From Hypanus sabinus (taxonomy: Eukaryota): a stretch of 64,000 bases of DNA. The DNA lies in assembly GCF_030144855.1 (NCBI RefSeq), contig NC_082706.1, positions 40,300,001 to 40,364,000 of the forward strand, in the 5' to 3' direction. This document shows positions 40,076 to 53,249 of this stretch, one piece after another. A program made the translations under genes and the position numbers. The notes under the pieces were generated by a model. It was not told the origin of the DNA. It searched no databases and was given only the letters and a program-made list of their open reading frames with translations. The first letter of the stretch is position 1. Every line of letters starts with the position of its first letter.

Positions 40076-40439
40076 AAGGCTACAGGAGTAAACCCAGGCA
40101 TCAAAACAGGAGTGGAGCCTCTAAGGTTGCCGGGCATCATTGAACATCCTTCCAGCAGCTCCTTTAGCCAAGCTGGTGTAAAACAGTTTGTTTCATAAGC
40201 TTTCCTTCGCTCTACACTGGTGAGGCAAAGAGGGACATCTTGACAACTAGGCATCTCAGGATCTCCATACCTTCTGCCTGGGCCTGTAATGATGATGATC
40301 ATTGCTCATTGTTCTTTGAGACAGATGGATACCAACCACCACATTGCAATAAATAGAAATGATGAACTTAGATATACTTACTGTGAATTTCAGCAATACT
40401 GTATATATAAATACCTACTGCAAAAGGAAAATAAAGTGA

Positions 40440-41612
40440 GGTAGGACGAGGGAGATGTCTTCCTTTTTTAAACAAAGGGGCTTCCCTTCCTCCCCTATCA
40501 ACTCTGCTCTCAAATGCATCTCCCATTTCCCACACATCTGCCCTCACCCCATCTGCCCGCCACCCCACTCGGGATAGGGTTCCCCTTGTCCTCACCTACC
40601 ACCCCATGAGCCTCTGGGTCCAATGTGTAATTTTCCGTAACTTCCGCCACCTCCAATGGGATCCCACCACCAAGCACATCTTTCCCTCCCCCTGCCTTTC
40701 TGCTTTTCGCAGGTATTGCTCCCTATGCGACTCCCTTGTTCATTCACCACCCCCCCATTCCTTCCCACCGATCTCCCTCCTGGCACTTCTAAGCAGAACA
40801 AGTGCTATATCTGCCCTTACACTTCCTCTCTCACCACCATTCAGGGCCCCAGACAGTCCTTCCAGGTGAGGCGACACTTCACCTGAGGTGTCAGCTGGTG
40901 TGCTATACTGCATCCACTGCTCCCAGTGCAGCCTTCTATATATTGGTGAGACCCAACGCAGGCTGGGAGACCATTTCGCTGAACCCTACACTCTGTCTGT
41001 CATAGAAAGCAGGATCTTCCAGAGGCCACACATTTCAATTCCACGTCCCATTCCGACATTTCTATCCATGGCCTCCTTTACTGTCAAGATGAAGCCACAC
41101 TCAGGTTGGAGGACCAACACCTTATATACCGTCTGGGTGGCCTCCAACCTAATGGCATGAACATTGACTCCTCTAACTTCCGTTAATGCCCCTCCTCCCC
41201 TTCTTACCCCATCCCTAACATATTTAGTTTTTTTCCCCCTCCTTTTTTTTCTCTCTTTCTGCCCATCACTCTTTGCCTGTTCTCCATCTCCCTCTGGTGC
41301 TCCCCTCCCCGTTCTTTCTCCCTAGGCCTCCCGTCCCATGATCCTTTCCCTTCTCCAGCTCTGTTTCCCTTTTGCCAATCACCTTTCCAGCTCTTGGCTT
41401 CACCCCACCCCCTCCAGTCTTCTATCATTTCGTATTTCCCCCTTCCCCCTCCTGCTTTCAAATCTCTTACTATCTTTCCTTCAGTTAGTCCTGAGGAAGG
41501 GTCTCAGCCCAAAACGTTGACAGTGCTTCTCCTGATAGATGCTGCCTGGCCTGCTGCATTCCACCAGCATTTTGTGTGTGTTGCTTGAATTTCCAGCATC
41601 TACAGATTTCTT
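40440..41612 (+). mobile_element. Penelope element 3' part with GIY-YIG endonuclease and terminal repeat
   Basis: GVLYCIHCSQCSLLYIGETQRRLGDHFAE; VPLVLTYHP; hammerhead-like motif at 41488-41521. Confidence 0.9.
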
Positions 41613-41614
41613 TG

Positions 41615-43200
41615 TGTGAGGTAGTGTTCATGGGTTCAATATCCATTCAGAAATCTGATAGCAGAAGGGAAGAAGCTGTTCCTGAATCACTGAATATGTG
41701 CCTTCAGGCCTCTGTACTCCTCCTTGATGGTAGCAATAAGGAGGCATGTTCTGGGTGATGGGGGTCCTGAATGATAGATGCAGCCCTTTTGAGGCATCGC
41801 TACTTGAAGAGGTCTTGGATGCTGGGAGTCTAGTGCCCACGATGGAGCTGACTAAAATTACAACATTCTGTCGCTTATTTCATTCCTGCTCAGTGGCCCC
41901 TCGTCCATTTCAGGCAGTGATGCAGCCAGTAAGAATTCTCTCCATGATACACATGTAGTAACTTGTGAGTGTCTTTGGTGAGACACCAAATCTCCTCAAA
42001 CTCCAATTTAAATATAGCCGCTGTCGTGCCTTCTTTGTAACTGCATCGATATGTTGGGCCAGGTTAGCTTCTCGGAGATATTGACATCCAGAAACTTGAA
42101 ACTGCTCATTCTTTCCACTCTATAGAGGATTGTTGTGTGTTCCCTCAGCTTACCCTTTCTGAAGGCCACAGTCAGTTTTCTCATCTTACTGATGCTGAAT
42201 GCAAGATCACCCTTATATACACTGATATACATCTTCTCATCACCATCTGAAATTCTGCCAACAATAGTTGTGTTGAGAGTAAATTTAGACATGGTGTTTG
42301 AGCTGTGTCTAACCAGTCATGGGTGTAGAGAGCAGAGCAGTGGGCTCAGCACACATCTTTCAGGTGAGCCAGTGTTGATAATTAGCAAGGTGGAGATGTT
42401 ATTTTCGATTTGCACAGACTGTGGTTTTCCAGTTCGGAAGTCAAGGATCCAGTTGCAGAGGGAGATACAAAGAACTAGGTTTTGGAACCTTTTGATCAGA
42501 GCTGTAGGAATGATTGTGTTAAATGCTGAGCTGTAGTCAATAAACTGCAACCTGTCCTAAGTATTAGTACTGTCCAGATGATCCAAGGCTGTATGAAGAC
42601 ACAATTAGATTGCATCTGCTGTAGACCTATCTGGTAATAAGCAAATTGCAGTGGATCCAAGTCTTTGTTCAGGCAGGAGTTCATTCTAGCCATTACCAAC
42701 CTCTCAAAGAATTTCATTTTGATGTGAGTACTACTGGACGATAGTCCTCAAGGCAATTCACCCTGCTCTTCTTGGGCACTGATATTGGTGCCCTTTTGAA
42801 GCAAGTGGGAATGTCCAACTATAGCAATGAGAGTTTGAATATATCTTTGAACACACCCACTGGTTCGGTGGTTTAGTTTTCCAGAGCCCTACCAGATATT
42901 CCACTGGGGCCTGTCACCTAACGGGGTTTCACCCTCGTGAATGACAACCTGATGTCAGACTCTGAGCAGAGATCACAGGGTCACCATGTGTTGCAGGGAT
43001 ATTCACAGCAGCAGTTTTATTCTCCCTTTCAAAGTGAGCGTAAAAGGCGTTAAGATAATCTGGGAGTGAAGCATCTCTGCCATTCATTGATGTTAGGTTT
43101 CACTTTGTAGGAAGTAATGGCTTGTAAACCCAGACAGAATTGATGTGCATCTGATTTTGCCTCAAACCTCATTTGGAATTGTTCCTTTGCTCTTAAGAGA
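41615..43200 (-). mobile_element. Rex1/Babar LINE RT region
   Basis: MKFFERLVMA..DLDPLQFAY, FIDYSSAFNTIIP..WILDF..TGSPERCVLSPLL, SSFKFLDVNISE. Confidence 0.9.
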
Positions 43201-43599
43201 GCTCATTATTACCATGCATTGCACTCTGTGCTCACAAGTTCACATAAGTGGGCAAAGGGGGTGGCGGGGGGGGGGGGGGGGGGGAATTGTAACAGTTACT
43301 TGAAAGCCAACCAAAACCTATGAGAAGCTGAGTACAGGAATTGACACTGCATGATGCACTTCTAAATAACCAAGTTTCAAGTTAGAAAAACTAGGTGTGA
43401 TCCTCTATTACTAAATCAGCAAAGACAAAAGATCTCATAGCGATTTAAAAAAAACACTAGCGGGACTAAATTGGCAATATAGCAAAACAGGTGTAATTAG
43501 CATTCAAATAAGTGTAATTAAGTGGTCACCAAAGGAGTATCACCCATAGATCAATTAAACTAAACTAAGACAAAGCATGAATATAAGATAATACTTACT

Positions 43600-43870
43600 T
43601 CTACCTCTCTGACCTATGTGACAAAATACCATGACTGATACAGTATCTCCAAGTATCATCAGCTGGTGAAGGAAGCACAGCAAATGATGGCAAACAGTAC
43701 GTATCAGGACATAGAGCCTGGAGATTATGTGGTTTTCTGGACATTTAAGAGGAAGTATTGTTTGCAACCTTCGTTTGAAGGACCCTTCCAGGTCCTGTTG
43801 GTAATTAATACAGCTTTCAAGGTTAGAGAGAAATAGTTCTCAATTCATGCCTCACACTGTAATAAGACTT
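43600..43870 (+). mobile_element. Class I (epsilon/gamma-like) ERV integrase C-terminus
   Basis: QDIEPGDYVVFWTFKRKYCLQPSFEGPFQVLLVINTAFKVREK*FSIHASHC (GPY/F module). Confidence 0.85.
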
Positions 43871-43908
43871 ATGGAGCTAATAAAAACATAAGACCCTTCA
43901 ACACCGCA

Positions 43909-44735
43909 ATGATTGCCCTGCTCGCCCTGGCAATGAAGGAGCTGATGGATGCCTTGCCATTTATTAACAGTGCCTTGCTCACATCCCTTTCTTTTCGCTT
44001 GGTTAGGAATATGCCCAATGTTTCAGCATGTTGGATTTGTACCCATATTCCATTCCACAGTGAAAGAGGAATATGCTATAGGCAGATTCCTTTAATTTCA
44101 GTGAATAGGTTTAGGAAGAGCTCGGGGACGAATGGAGCTGAACTGAAAACCCTGAACGTTTACAGGACAGACACTGATTGCCATTATGAGTGCTTTAATG
44201 GATGGTATGTTCCCTCCTGTGTGAACGATCGGTGTAGCCACAGTACGTGTGGGGACCAGATTCCCTGCATAAAGCTGTACAGTACATTGGCCAAGGGCAT
44301 CGTTCAGGTAACGCATCACTGCAACTGGAAGAGCACGGGCATCTACCTGGGCAGCAGTAAAAGTACGTGTACGGAAATGACAAAGCTCAGTTCTCACTGT
44401 CCTCTGAACGGCACTTATTGGGCATGTGGTTATCAGGCCAGCCCGGCCACTGGGCATATCCCCCGAGTGTGAAGGGAAGTGGAGAGCGAGTCTTGGCCTT
44501 GGAAGGCCTGAGATTATCTTGCCTGTACGGTGCTCCACATGTGACGCTTGGTGTCACTACCTCAATACCTTCTGGTCTGCCGTCACCAGAGGTCCATAAC
44601 AGATGATTGTCTTTCCAGGATAGGGACCTGCTGGACTGTCTGGGGAACTGATTATATGAGAAAATAGCGAATGAAATCATAAATGCCTTTGATCAAACCT
44701 AACAAGCATTAGCCAAGTTGTCGGCAGTGGAATGC
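43909..44735 (+). mobile_element. env: ERV env remnant
   Basis: NVSACWICTHIP (CXXC), CPLNGTYWACG, then a shifted heptad-like YEKIANEIINAFDQT*QALAKLS; directly follows the integrase. Confidence 0.75.
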
Positions 44736-44744
44736 ACAGTGAGC

Positions 44745-46101
44745 GCATGAGAAAGGGTCCCTCACTTGTGTTGAAAGGGAGGAAAAATATTGTTCAATTT
44801 CGTCCTGCAGTTCTTCTGGGTGGTTTTCAATAAGACTCAAGGCTTTCTGATATACTTCCTCACTCTCAAACCCAAGCAGTGGAAACATTTCAAACTTTCA
44901 TTTTGCAACATGATTTTTCCAAGGATTCAGTTTCCTTTTAAATCCAAGAAGCTTGTCATTTGAAGTCAAAACATTTTCTCCAGGGCCTTGCGGAGACTTG
45001 TTCAACTGGTTTATATGATGAAAAATGTCTGTTAAGTAGGCTAGTTTCTGCAGCTGTTCTCCACCTTCAAAGCACTTAGCAAAATCTGGCCTACTATTTT
45101 CTGTAATGTACTCCTTCAATTCACCTTTCAGCACAAAACAACCTGCTGAGAACTTTTAAAGCTTTAATCTGTTTTGAGATTCCAATAGTCATTTCAAATA
45201 ATCAGCATTGTGATTTGTAGTTAAGTGTCTTTTCAATTTTGCTGGAGCCATTGTTACATTTCGAAGTTGTTTGACATAGACTAGGCACGATGGAATAGGC
45301 TAACTTGGCTCACAAGTCCAAGTAAAACCCATTGATAAGTAGCTTTCATTGTAGGACAGACTTTTTGTGTCTGTTGCTGCACTAGTGCAATGAAGTGACT
45401 CTGAAGATTATAATTTTTCATCATTAACCTTACCAATATTCTCCGTAAGCCTAGGCCTAGAATCCACCTCTTCCATTTCACACATCCTCTTAAAAAGTTG
45501 CCACACTGGACAAACTTTAGAATGAAAATTTCTCTCCAATTTTCTACATTGATAGTTTGTTCACTCCCATAAGTCAGTCAGGGGTGGGGGAAGAGATAAC
45601 AAAAAGCTGGGGGCAGTAATTCAGGAGGGAGAGGCTGACATCACAGCCCAACTTGGGTGAGTCCATTCAACGCTTGGAAAACGCACTTCACACTCAACAG
45701 CCTACTGTCTTCCACTCCATGCAATACAGCGCTCACTCATCTTGACCAAAAAGTGAGAATATACTCAACCAAATAAATATGGTCCAACTGCACACCGTCA
45801 TGCTGGTCTCAGAGACCTCAAACTGGACTTTAACAGGGCTCTTCCCCCCTTTCAAATCTACTCCTCAGCTTTTTATCTCTAGTCCTGTTAAAAGGTTTGG
45901 CCTGGAATTGTCAACTGCACTTTTTTTTTCCACAGATGCTGCTTGGCCTGCTGAGTTCCTCCAGCATTCTGTGTGTTTTTAACAGGGCTGCTCAGTTGCT
46001 GCCACCATTGGAAACGCTAGCCTCATGCATTGCATGAAGTTCAAAAAGACTACTTTTAAAAAAATAATGATTTCTGGTGGAACCATGGTTGAGAAACCCT
46101 G
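44745..46101 (-). mobile_element. hAT (Charlie/Buster-type) DNA transposon, internally deleted
   Basis: KLAYLTDIFHHINQLNKSPQG..DKLLGFKRKLNPW; BED-like YNESYLSMGFT..MAPAKLKRHLTTNH; TIR CAGGGTTTCTCAACC at 46087-46101. Confidence 0.85.
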
Positions 46102-46398
46102 CTCTATGTATATGGGGCAGGTTCTCAACTGGATGTCTTAATCGGCTTTATTTTAGTACTGCCTTTTAATCAGAGTTTTCGAGTCTCTCCCGAAGTCTGT
46201 CTTGTTATGAGTCGAAAGATAGGCCGGGGGGGGGGGGTGTTGGGGGAGAGGGTAGTGATCACCGGCCAGTATGGGGCAGCTCTGTTGCCTACCCTGGTCT
46301 TGACTTCTATCTTTCAAACAAGTCTGACGGGTAAGTTACCCTAGTCCGATCTTGATGATAAGGTGGGTTCGTTGGGATCTGGTATCCTTGTCGCCAGA

Positions 46399-46954
46399 TG
46401 CCGTAAGAGAATTTAGTATCGAACAAACACAAAGTAGGCAAAATCCCCGAAGCTAATTACACCCTTCATTTCATGAATTCAAGGGAAGCCGTCTCACACG
46501 TCTCTGGCAAGGCAAGGTTACAATTCAAATTTACACAGTAAATCAAATCACACTAGGTTAGCCGCTCTCCAGACATGTTTCCGCAAGTTTCCTCATTGTT
46601 CAGAGTACCAAATAATCCGTTAATCAAGTTGCCTCAGATGATTAGAAATTGGTTCCTCATTGATGGCATGATCTACTATTAGTTAATACAAAAGAAAATA
46701 GACCTATTCTGGGTTTTTTTGTCCTGTTCTCCCCAAGATTCTGCTAGCCCCCAGTCCTCAAACTTAACCAGGTGCATGTTAATGGATTAACATCTATGTC
46801 AAATGTTACTAACTCCTTGATAGCACAAGGTGAATCAACTTGGTTGTGATGGTAAAGCTATAAGAAGGAAGCCAATAGAAACCATGAAGTTAATAGTTAG
46901 AACAGGCCAAAGGTAATAAGTGTCTTTCTATAATCTCAGTGCATACCACCAACA
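46399..46954 (-). mobile_element. Possible ERV LTR with adjacent PBS-like sequence
   Basis: TG...AACA-bounded block; the minus strand continues CA-TCTGGCGACAAGG; no TSD found. Confidence 0.3.
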
Positions 46955-49549
46955 CAGTTAAATGGAGGTTTCTAACTAATATAGCCTGAAAACACATCTC
47001 CTTGGATATAATGTAGCAATCAAGCTCATATACCACCAAATGTTGTCAGAAATGGGCACAGGGGTGTAAAATAATGTTTTCTACAAATCAATGGTGTGGA
47101 TGGTTCCACCATTACATTCTCTTAACTGAACCAGTCTGGTCACTTTGCTGTGCCTTCACAGCTTTGGAAAAATAACAAGCAATGTCTCTAGACCTGCCTG
47201 TATCTGAAAAAAAAAACATGGTCCCTGAAACTTCCAGGTATGAAAATTGAAAAGTTGCTATCTTCATAAGCTGTATTTGCAAAAGAGGTTAGAAAATCTT
47301 CCATGTTTTTATTATGTGTAGTAAGGATATTCACCACAGCTGAGGAATCCAAAATAAGTCACAAATTTAATTTAAAAAAAGGAGGCGCTCCGTGACTGAC
47401 TGGAGTTTCTAAGTCTGGAAGGAGCAAATGGTGCAGGGGATGGTGAGAGTGGAGCACCACAAGGAGGGGTGTGAGACAGGTGACAGATGAGTGCCAGTGG
47501 CAGAGGATGGCACATATGCAGATACACCCAGCCTGAGGCACCAGGCAAGGTTAATTTGATTCCAAATAATTGGTTTATTTTTCATTACAGAATGTATCAC
47601 TGATGCTTCTCACTCCGTTCCCTCTCGCTTCCCCTTTTACCAACCACGATTCCCCGCTCCCTTCCCCTTCCCCACCTTCAGCCCATAATAGAGACCACTA
47701 TCAGAATCAAGTTCATCATCACTACATATGCCATTAATTTTTGTTTTTGGGTCGGCACTACAGTGCAATACATAAAATTAATAAGAGTGCAGTGCAAAGG
47801 TCATAGAAACCGTATATATAAATATGTGGTTTCAGAAGAAATGACCTTAAAGGAATTCACTCTATGTCAAAAATATGTTTACCATTTTGAAAGAAATATC
47901 ACAGCTGCCCAAAAAGAAAACAACAACACACCCAAAATGCTGGTGGAGCACAGCAGGCCAGGCAGCATCTATAGGGAGAAGCGCTGTCAACGTTTCGGGC
48001 TGAGACCCTTTGTCAGGTTTTTGTGTGTGTTGTTGTTTGAATTTCCAGCATCTGCAGATTTCCTCTTGTTTGCCCAAAAAAAAACATTTTTTTTTATTGT
48101 TCAGTTCCAACTAATGGAAAATTTGATTGATTGGCAGTTGTGTAACCAGTGAGTACCTGTATTGAATTCTACAATGTCAAGCAAGTTGGTTTCTGTCCAT
48201 ATCAACGATGTTGAATCAATTTTTTCTCTCCCCCCACCCCCAACATCCACTCCACCATGACCTTTTCTCTCATCTGGGAGTGGAGAACTCATAACCAACT
48301 CCTGCATGTTTTGACTAAGTCCTCATTCCCTAACTGACTAGATATCTTTGTTTACAGTTTATCCCGATCTGACACCCCATTCTTTCCTTTATCTTGGTGA
48401 TAAAATACACCAAATGTCCTCCTCCATATCTCTCCATTCACTCCGTATTCACGAGTCTACCTTAAAAGCCTTTTCAACAACACCAAATTGCCTGCTTCAA
48501 CTACCAGCCCTGGGAACCCATTGCAGGCACCTACCTTTCTGCCCTGGGGACAAGGACTCTGCCTAGATACTCCATTTATTTAACAAGTTTCTGGACTATT
48601 TCCCAGCTCGGTCAATGAGAACTGATACATCGTTTCTTTTCCAAATGCAGTCTGACCAGAACATTTCAAACGTTTTGTTTTTAACTAGTAAAATCGTGAT
48701 TACAGAAGGGAACCCACACATGAATTGGAGAAACCTGGCAATAAACAGATAGCCTACTAGCAATATAAGTTATTCCAAATTAATTTTACACATAGACAAG
48801 GTCTTGGAGTAGGAAGTAAAAAAATCTCCAATCCAAGAACACCAGCAGAGTTCAGGTATACTCACTGTTTCTTCCATCTGTGTCTAACTTCATTGTTGTT
48901 GAGATGAAGATTATCATGGGCTTATGGAAAATCGCCAGATGGGCTAAAGGAATGTAAGTTGGAGGTCTGTAGTCTGGAAGGACTCAAAGAGCATCATTTA
49001 TGACAGTGATCCAAGCCCAGAGTAACTCATCCACTCCCTACTGATGGGAATTACTGCATGGAATGGTCAGCGAAAGACCTGCAGCATCTTCCCCATTTCA
49101 TCTAGGGGTCCCAGAGGAGATTATCCATCATATTCCACTCACTTCCCATCTCCAAGCTTGCAGGAATCTCATTTCCAATCCTGACTCTCAGTCTTATGTG
49201 GTCTCGCCTCTTCCAGCAGCACCTCAACTTTCCTTATTAAGCTCGAACACCTGAAAAATTTTGCCACCGCTGCATATACGGACACAACCTGTGGCGTTGG
49301 AGACGCAACAGAGAGCAGCAGCTGCTGATTAATGCCAGAACTCTCCTTCCAGGGCACAAGGGAACCCTAGTTTTCTTCCCTCAACTACTGTTGTCATGAG
49401 GAATGCGTGCGTGATGAGATCCCATGCTTGAAAGTGAAGCACGGTCATTGTGGCCTGCTAGGTGGCGGAAATCCTCTTTGAGCTGTCTGGACGCTGTGCG
49501 GTTATTCCTGAGGTAAAATGGGTATGAGTGATGTGCCTAATTTTGGGGT

Positions 49550-50400
49550 GTGATTCAAAGTAAATTTTGTTATCAAAGTACATATAAATCACCATATGCA
49601 AGAAGTGCGCGTATTCAACAAATCCGTAGAATAGTAACTATAACAGAATTAGTCAACGACCACCAAACTAAGGCTTTCAGCAAGAGTGCAAAAGACAACA
49701 AACTGTGGAACTGCAAAAGGAAGAAACTATAATATTAATAAATAAGCATTAAAGATCAAGAACATGAGATGAAGTGAGTCCATTGTTGTGGGAACATTTC
49801 AAAGAGGGACAAGTGATGTTACCCCTTTGGTTCAAGCTCCAGATGGCTGTGGGGTAGTAACTGTTTTTGAATCAGGTGGCGTGAGCACTGAGGCTCTTGT
49901 ATCTCCTTCCTGATGGCAGCAGTAACAAAGGAGCATGTCCTGGGTGGTGGGGTTCCCTGATGATGGATGCTGTTTTTGTGCGACAACACTTCATTAGGTG
50001 CCCTCAATGGTGGGGAGACTTTACCTGTGATGGACTGGGCTGCATCCACTATATTTTGTAGGTTTTTCATTCAAAGACATTGGTGTTTCCATGCCAGAAT
50101 GTGATAAGCCAGTCAGGATATTCTCCACTACATGTCTATGGAAGTTTTTCAGTTTTAGGTATCATGCTGAACCTCTGCAAATTCCAAAGCAACTAGTGGC
50201 TCTGATGTGCTTTCTTTGTAATAGCATCCTCTGAATTAGTAAAAACCCAGGAATTTAAAGTTGCTTACTCCCTTCATCTTCAATGAGGACTGGCTCATGG
50301 ACCTCTGGTTTTGTTCTCCTGAAGTCCATAATCAGTTCTTTAGTCTTGCAGATGTTGAGTGACACCACTCAGCCAGATTTTCAGTCTCCCTATATGCTGA
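49550..50400 (-). mobile_element. Rex1/Babar LINE 3' portion
   Basis: LQNIVDAAQSITG and DPHHPGH-like codons; typical 3' UTR. Confidence 0.75.
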
Positions 50401-50409
50401 TTCATGTAG

Positions 50410-51230
50410 TTGGAATTCAGAAAATATAGATCAGGGAAGCATTTAGGGCAGTAGGGACAGTATGGAGTTACGGATCACTGGATCAGTGTGAGGACTATTG
50501 GATACAGGGATATTGGGTTGGACGGGGAAGTATAGGGCTGAGGGTAATGGATCAAGAATCCAGTAAACTGGTGAGGCATTTGATTGGGTATGTAGTTGTC
50601 CTATTGAAGAGGGGTGTTATATAGGGTGGAGATAAGTGAAGGGGCTTCTTGGATTGGGAAAACCTGCTGGGGCCTTTGAATTGGTGGGAGGAAGGAATAC
50701 AGTTAAATTGGGAGTTTGAAAGGGAGAGAGGGATTGTTGCGTAGTGGTTGATGGGTCAGAAGGTTTGAATTGGGGGAGGCTTGGATGGGCTTGTTCAGTC
50801 TGGTGGGGAGGGGCACTGGTTCGTGGGAGGATGGTGTGGTGGGAGAGATTTGCATCATTGGGGTGAATATTCAGTCTGGGAGAGTGGAATAATGGATGAG
50901 GCTGGTGTAGACCGGATGGGGTCAGTAAGGCTGTTGTGTTGGGTAGGTTGCCATTGAATCTGAAGTTGTTGAGGCTGGAGCCATGGTGTAGGAGAGTGGA
51001 ACATGGTATCCTGTGTGTGGGGAAGGGGTGTGAAGTGTGTAGAAATTATGAGAGTCACGAAGTGTTGATTAAATCTTGGAGAGGGGTCCAATTTCCCTCG
51101 CTGTGGGTTGGAAACCAATGGACAAAGATTTGCGTCAATTTTCTGAGAAGTTAATGAGATGGGCAAGAAGGCTAGCGATGAGGAGGATGCTTAAGATCCT
51201 GAAGAGGTTGGTTGAAAATAAGAAAGAAGA
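50410..51230 (-). mobile_element. Penelope 5' region fragment
   Basis: Pro/Ser/Thr-rich skewed ORF remnants (FNQHF..STHFTPLPH). Confidence 0.5.
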
Positions 51231-52031
51231 GAACATACATAGAAAATGAGCGATATTATATAGGAACAGCTCCTTAAGCCCAGCATGTCTCTGCTAACCT
51301 TGAGGCCAATTTAAACTAATTACATCTGCCTGCAAATGATTAGCTTCGCTCAGTTTTTTGTCGGTCCATATGCCCATTTTAAATATTGCCACTTCCTGTA
51401 TTGTCACCTGTCACTTTCTGTATTGAGGAATGTTTGCCTATTTGGGCAGAGGGCGAATCAGACCTCTTGTGCTTTTTGATCTTGTCACTTGAGATTCAGT
51501 GTCACACAACCCTGCCACTTTGATGTGGCTCAGGCCTTCATTTATCAGGTCCAACACCTTCTTGAATCTTGCCCTTCCTGACACAGGTCATCAGTTTTGT
51601 GAAGGTTTGGCCATGGTTAATCCTGGTGTGCCTAGGGTTTGTGGGGCTGTGTGCCCCCTTGGACCTTAGGGTTAGGTTTGAGTGTTGGGCTGGTGGATGT
51701 ATATGTGTGGCAGGGAGAGGTGAGGCTGCAGAGTTTTGAGTGGTCAGGTCTGCGGTGCTGTGGCGGATAGGCTCATGTGGTGAAACCAGGTTAATCCGCC
51801 CCTAGGCTTGAGTCGATGTAGCAGTAGCGGTGCCTAACAAGTCACCTTTAAACTTATCCTATCTCACCTTCAATTGATGTTCTATATTATTTGACACCCT
51901 GGGAAAAAGATTGACTACCTACCCTAATTATTGCAACTCATAAATTTATATACTTCTATTAGATCATCCCTAAGCCTTTAACTCTGTGAGGAAAAATTCC
52001 AATTTTGTCCAACTGCTGATTGTAGTTAATA

Positions 52032-52879
52032 CAGGTTGAGTACCCCTTATCTGAAATGCTTGGGGCCAGAAGCGTTTTCGATATTGTATTTTGGAATATA
52101 TAATAAAATGGTTTGGGATTGCCATCCTTTATGTGCAACTGGTAAGCCGTATTTTCAATATACTTGTTCATCACACAAAGATATAATGGAAATATAATGT
52201 GTGCAGGGTAACAAAAGCCGCATGGCAGTATCAGGAGCATACCTGCATCAGCTGTTGAACAACAACCAAGATAGGTAGACTTTCAGTTTGCACCCACTAT
52301 GCCTTGTTTTGATTGAAAAGTTACAGTATGCTGTATTTGTATTCACTTCTTTTTAGGTTTTATGTATAAGTTTTAAAAACAATCAGCATCATAGACTTGT
52401 TCTGCTGTTAGACTTTCTTCAGCAATATATTAAAAATGTAATACTATTATGTAAGTTAAAAATCAGCTTCATAGACTTATTCTGGTCTTAGATTTTCATA
52501 TCAGCAGACTCTTTGAAAATTTAATGCCATGCTGTTTCTTAACTTTCTGCAACCAGTCTGCTGAATACTCACAAATACCTTCAATTTTAAGTTTGCTTGT
52601 TTCATGATCAGCATACTATGAAGCGACATATGTTCACTGACGATACATGATCGAGATCTTAATTTTCCACTTCATGGAGTGTATTTTAATTTTTTTATTA
52701 ACTCACTCATTACATATGTGAGGTCACTTCTTAGAACTGTCTCTGGTGTGCAGGGAGCTGCTCGTCACCTGGGAACCTTCCCAGTGTCTTGTGAAGTTTT
52801 CCATGTGAGACGTCACATCAGTTCTCAGAAAAATTTGGATTTCAGATTTTGGAACTTCAGATAAGGCGTACTCAACCTG
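52032..52879. mobile_element. Tigger/pogo-like non-autonomous DNA transposon
   Basis: TA|CAGGTTGAGTACCCCTTATCTGAA ... TTCAGATAAGGCGTACTCAACCTG|TG inverted termini. Confidence 0.85.
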
Positions 52880-53249
52880 TGCTTCCTAATTCTGGAACCT
52901 CTTCTGCACCCTTTCCAAAGAATCCACATCCTTCCTGTAAGGCAATGGTTAGAAATGTGTAGATACTCCAAATGTGACCGAACCAAATTTACAATCTGCA
53001 TTCACAACTTTTATACTTAATGCCTGGCTTATGAAAGCCAGTATCTTGACTGCCCTTTCTCTTTGTGTTACCATTGTCAGGGAGTTACAGACTTGCAACC
53101 CATGTGCCTCAGTATATCAGTGCTCATATGAGTGCTGCTATTTATGTACTTCCCTCTTATATTTAACTTCCCAAAGTGCAACTATGCACATTTATCCAGT
53201 TTAAACTCCACCTGCCATTTCTCCTCTCACTTTTACAAATGATCTATAC

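Noticed and set aside
43909-44472. env ORF as a domesticated syncytin-like gene
   Set aside because: It ends before the TM region, and the downstream part has stops and frameshifts
49080-49357. EVLLEEA..W motif resembling a Harbinger Myb/SANT protein
   Set aside because: Too short and degenerate; no TIRs or transposase seen
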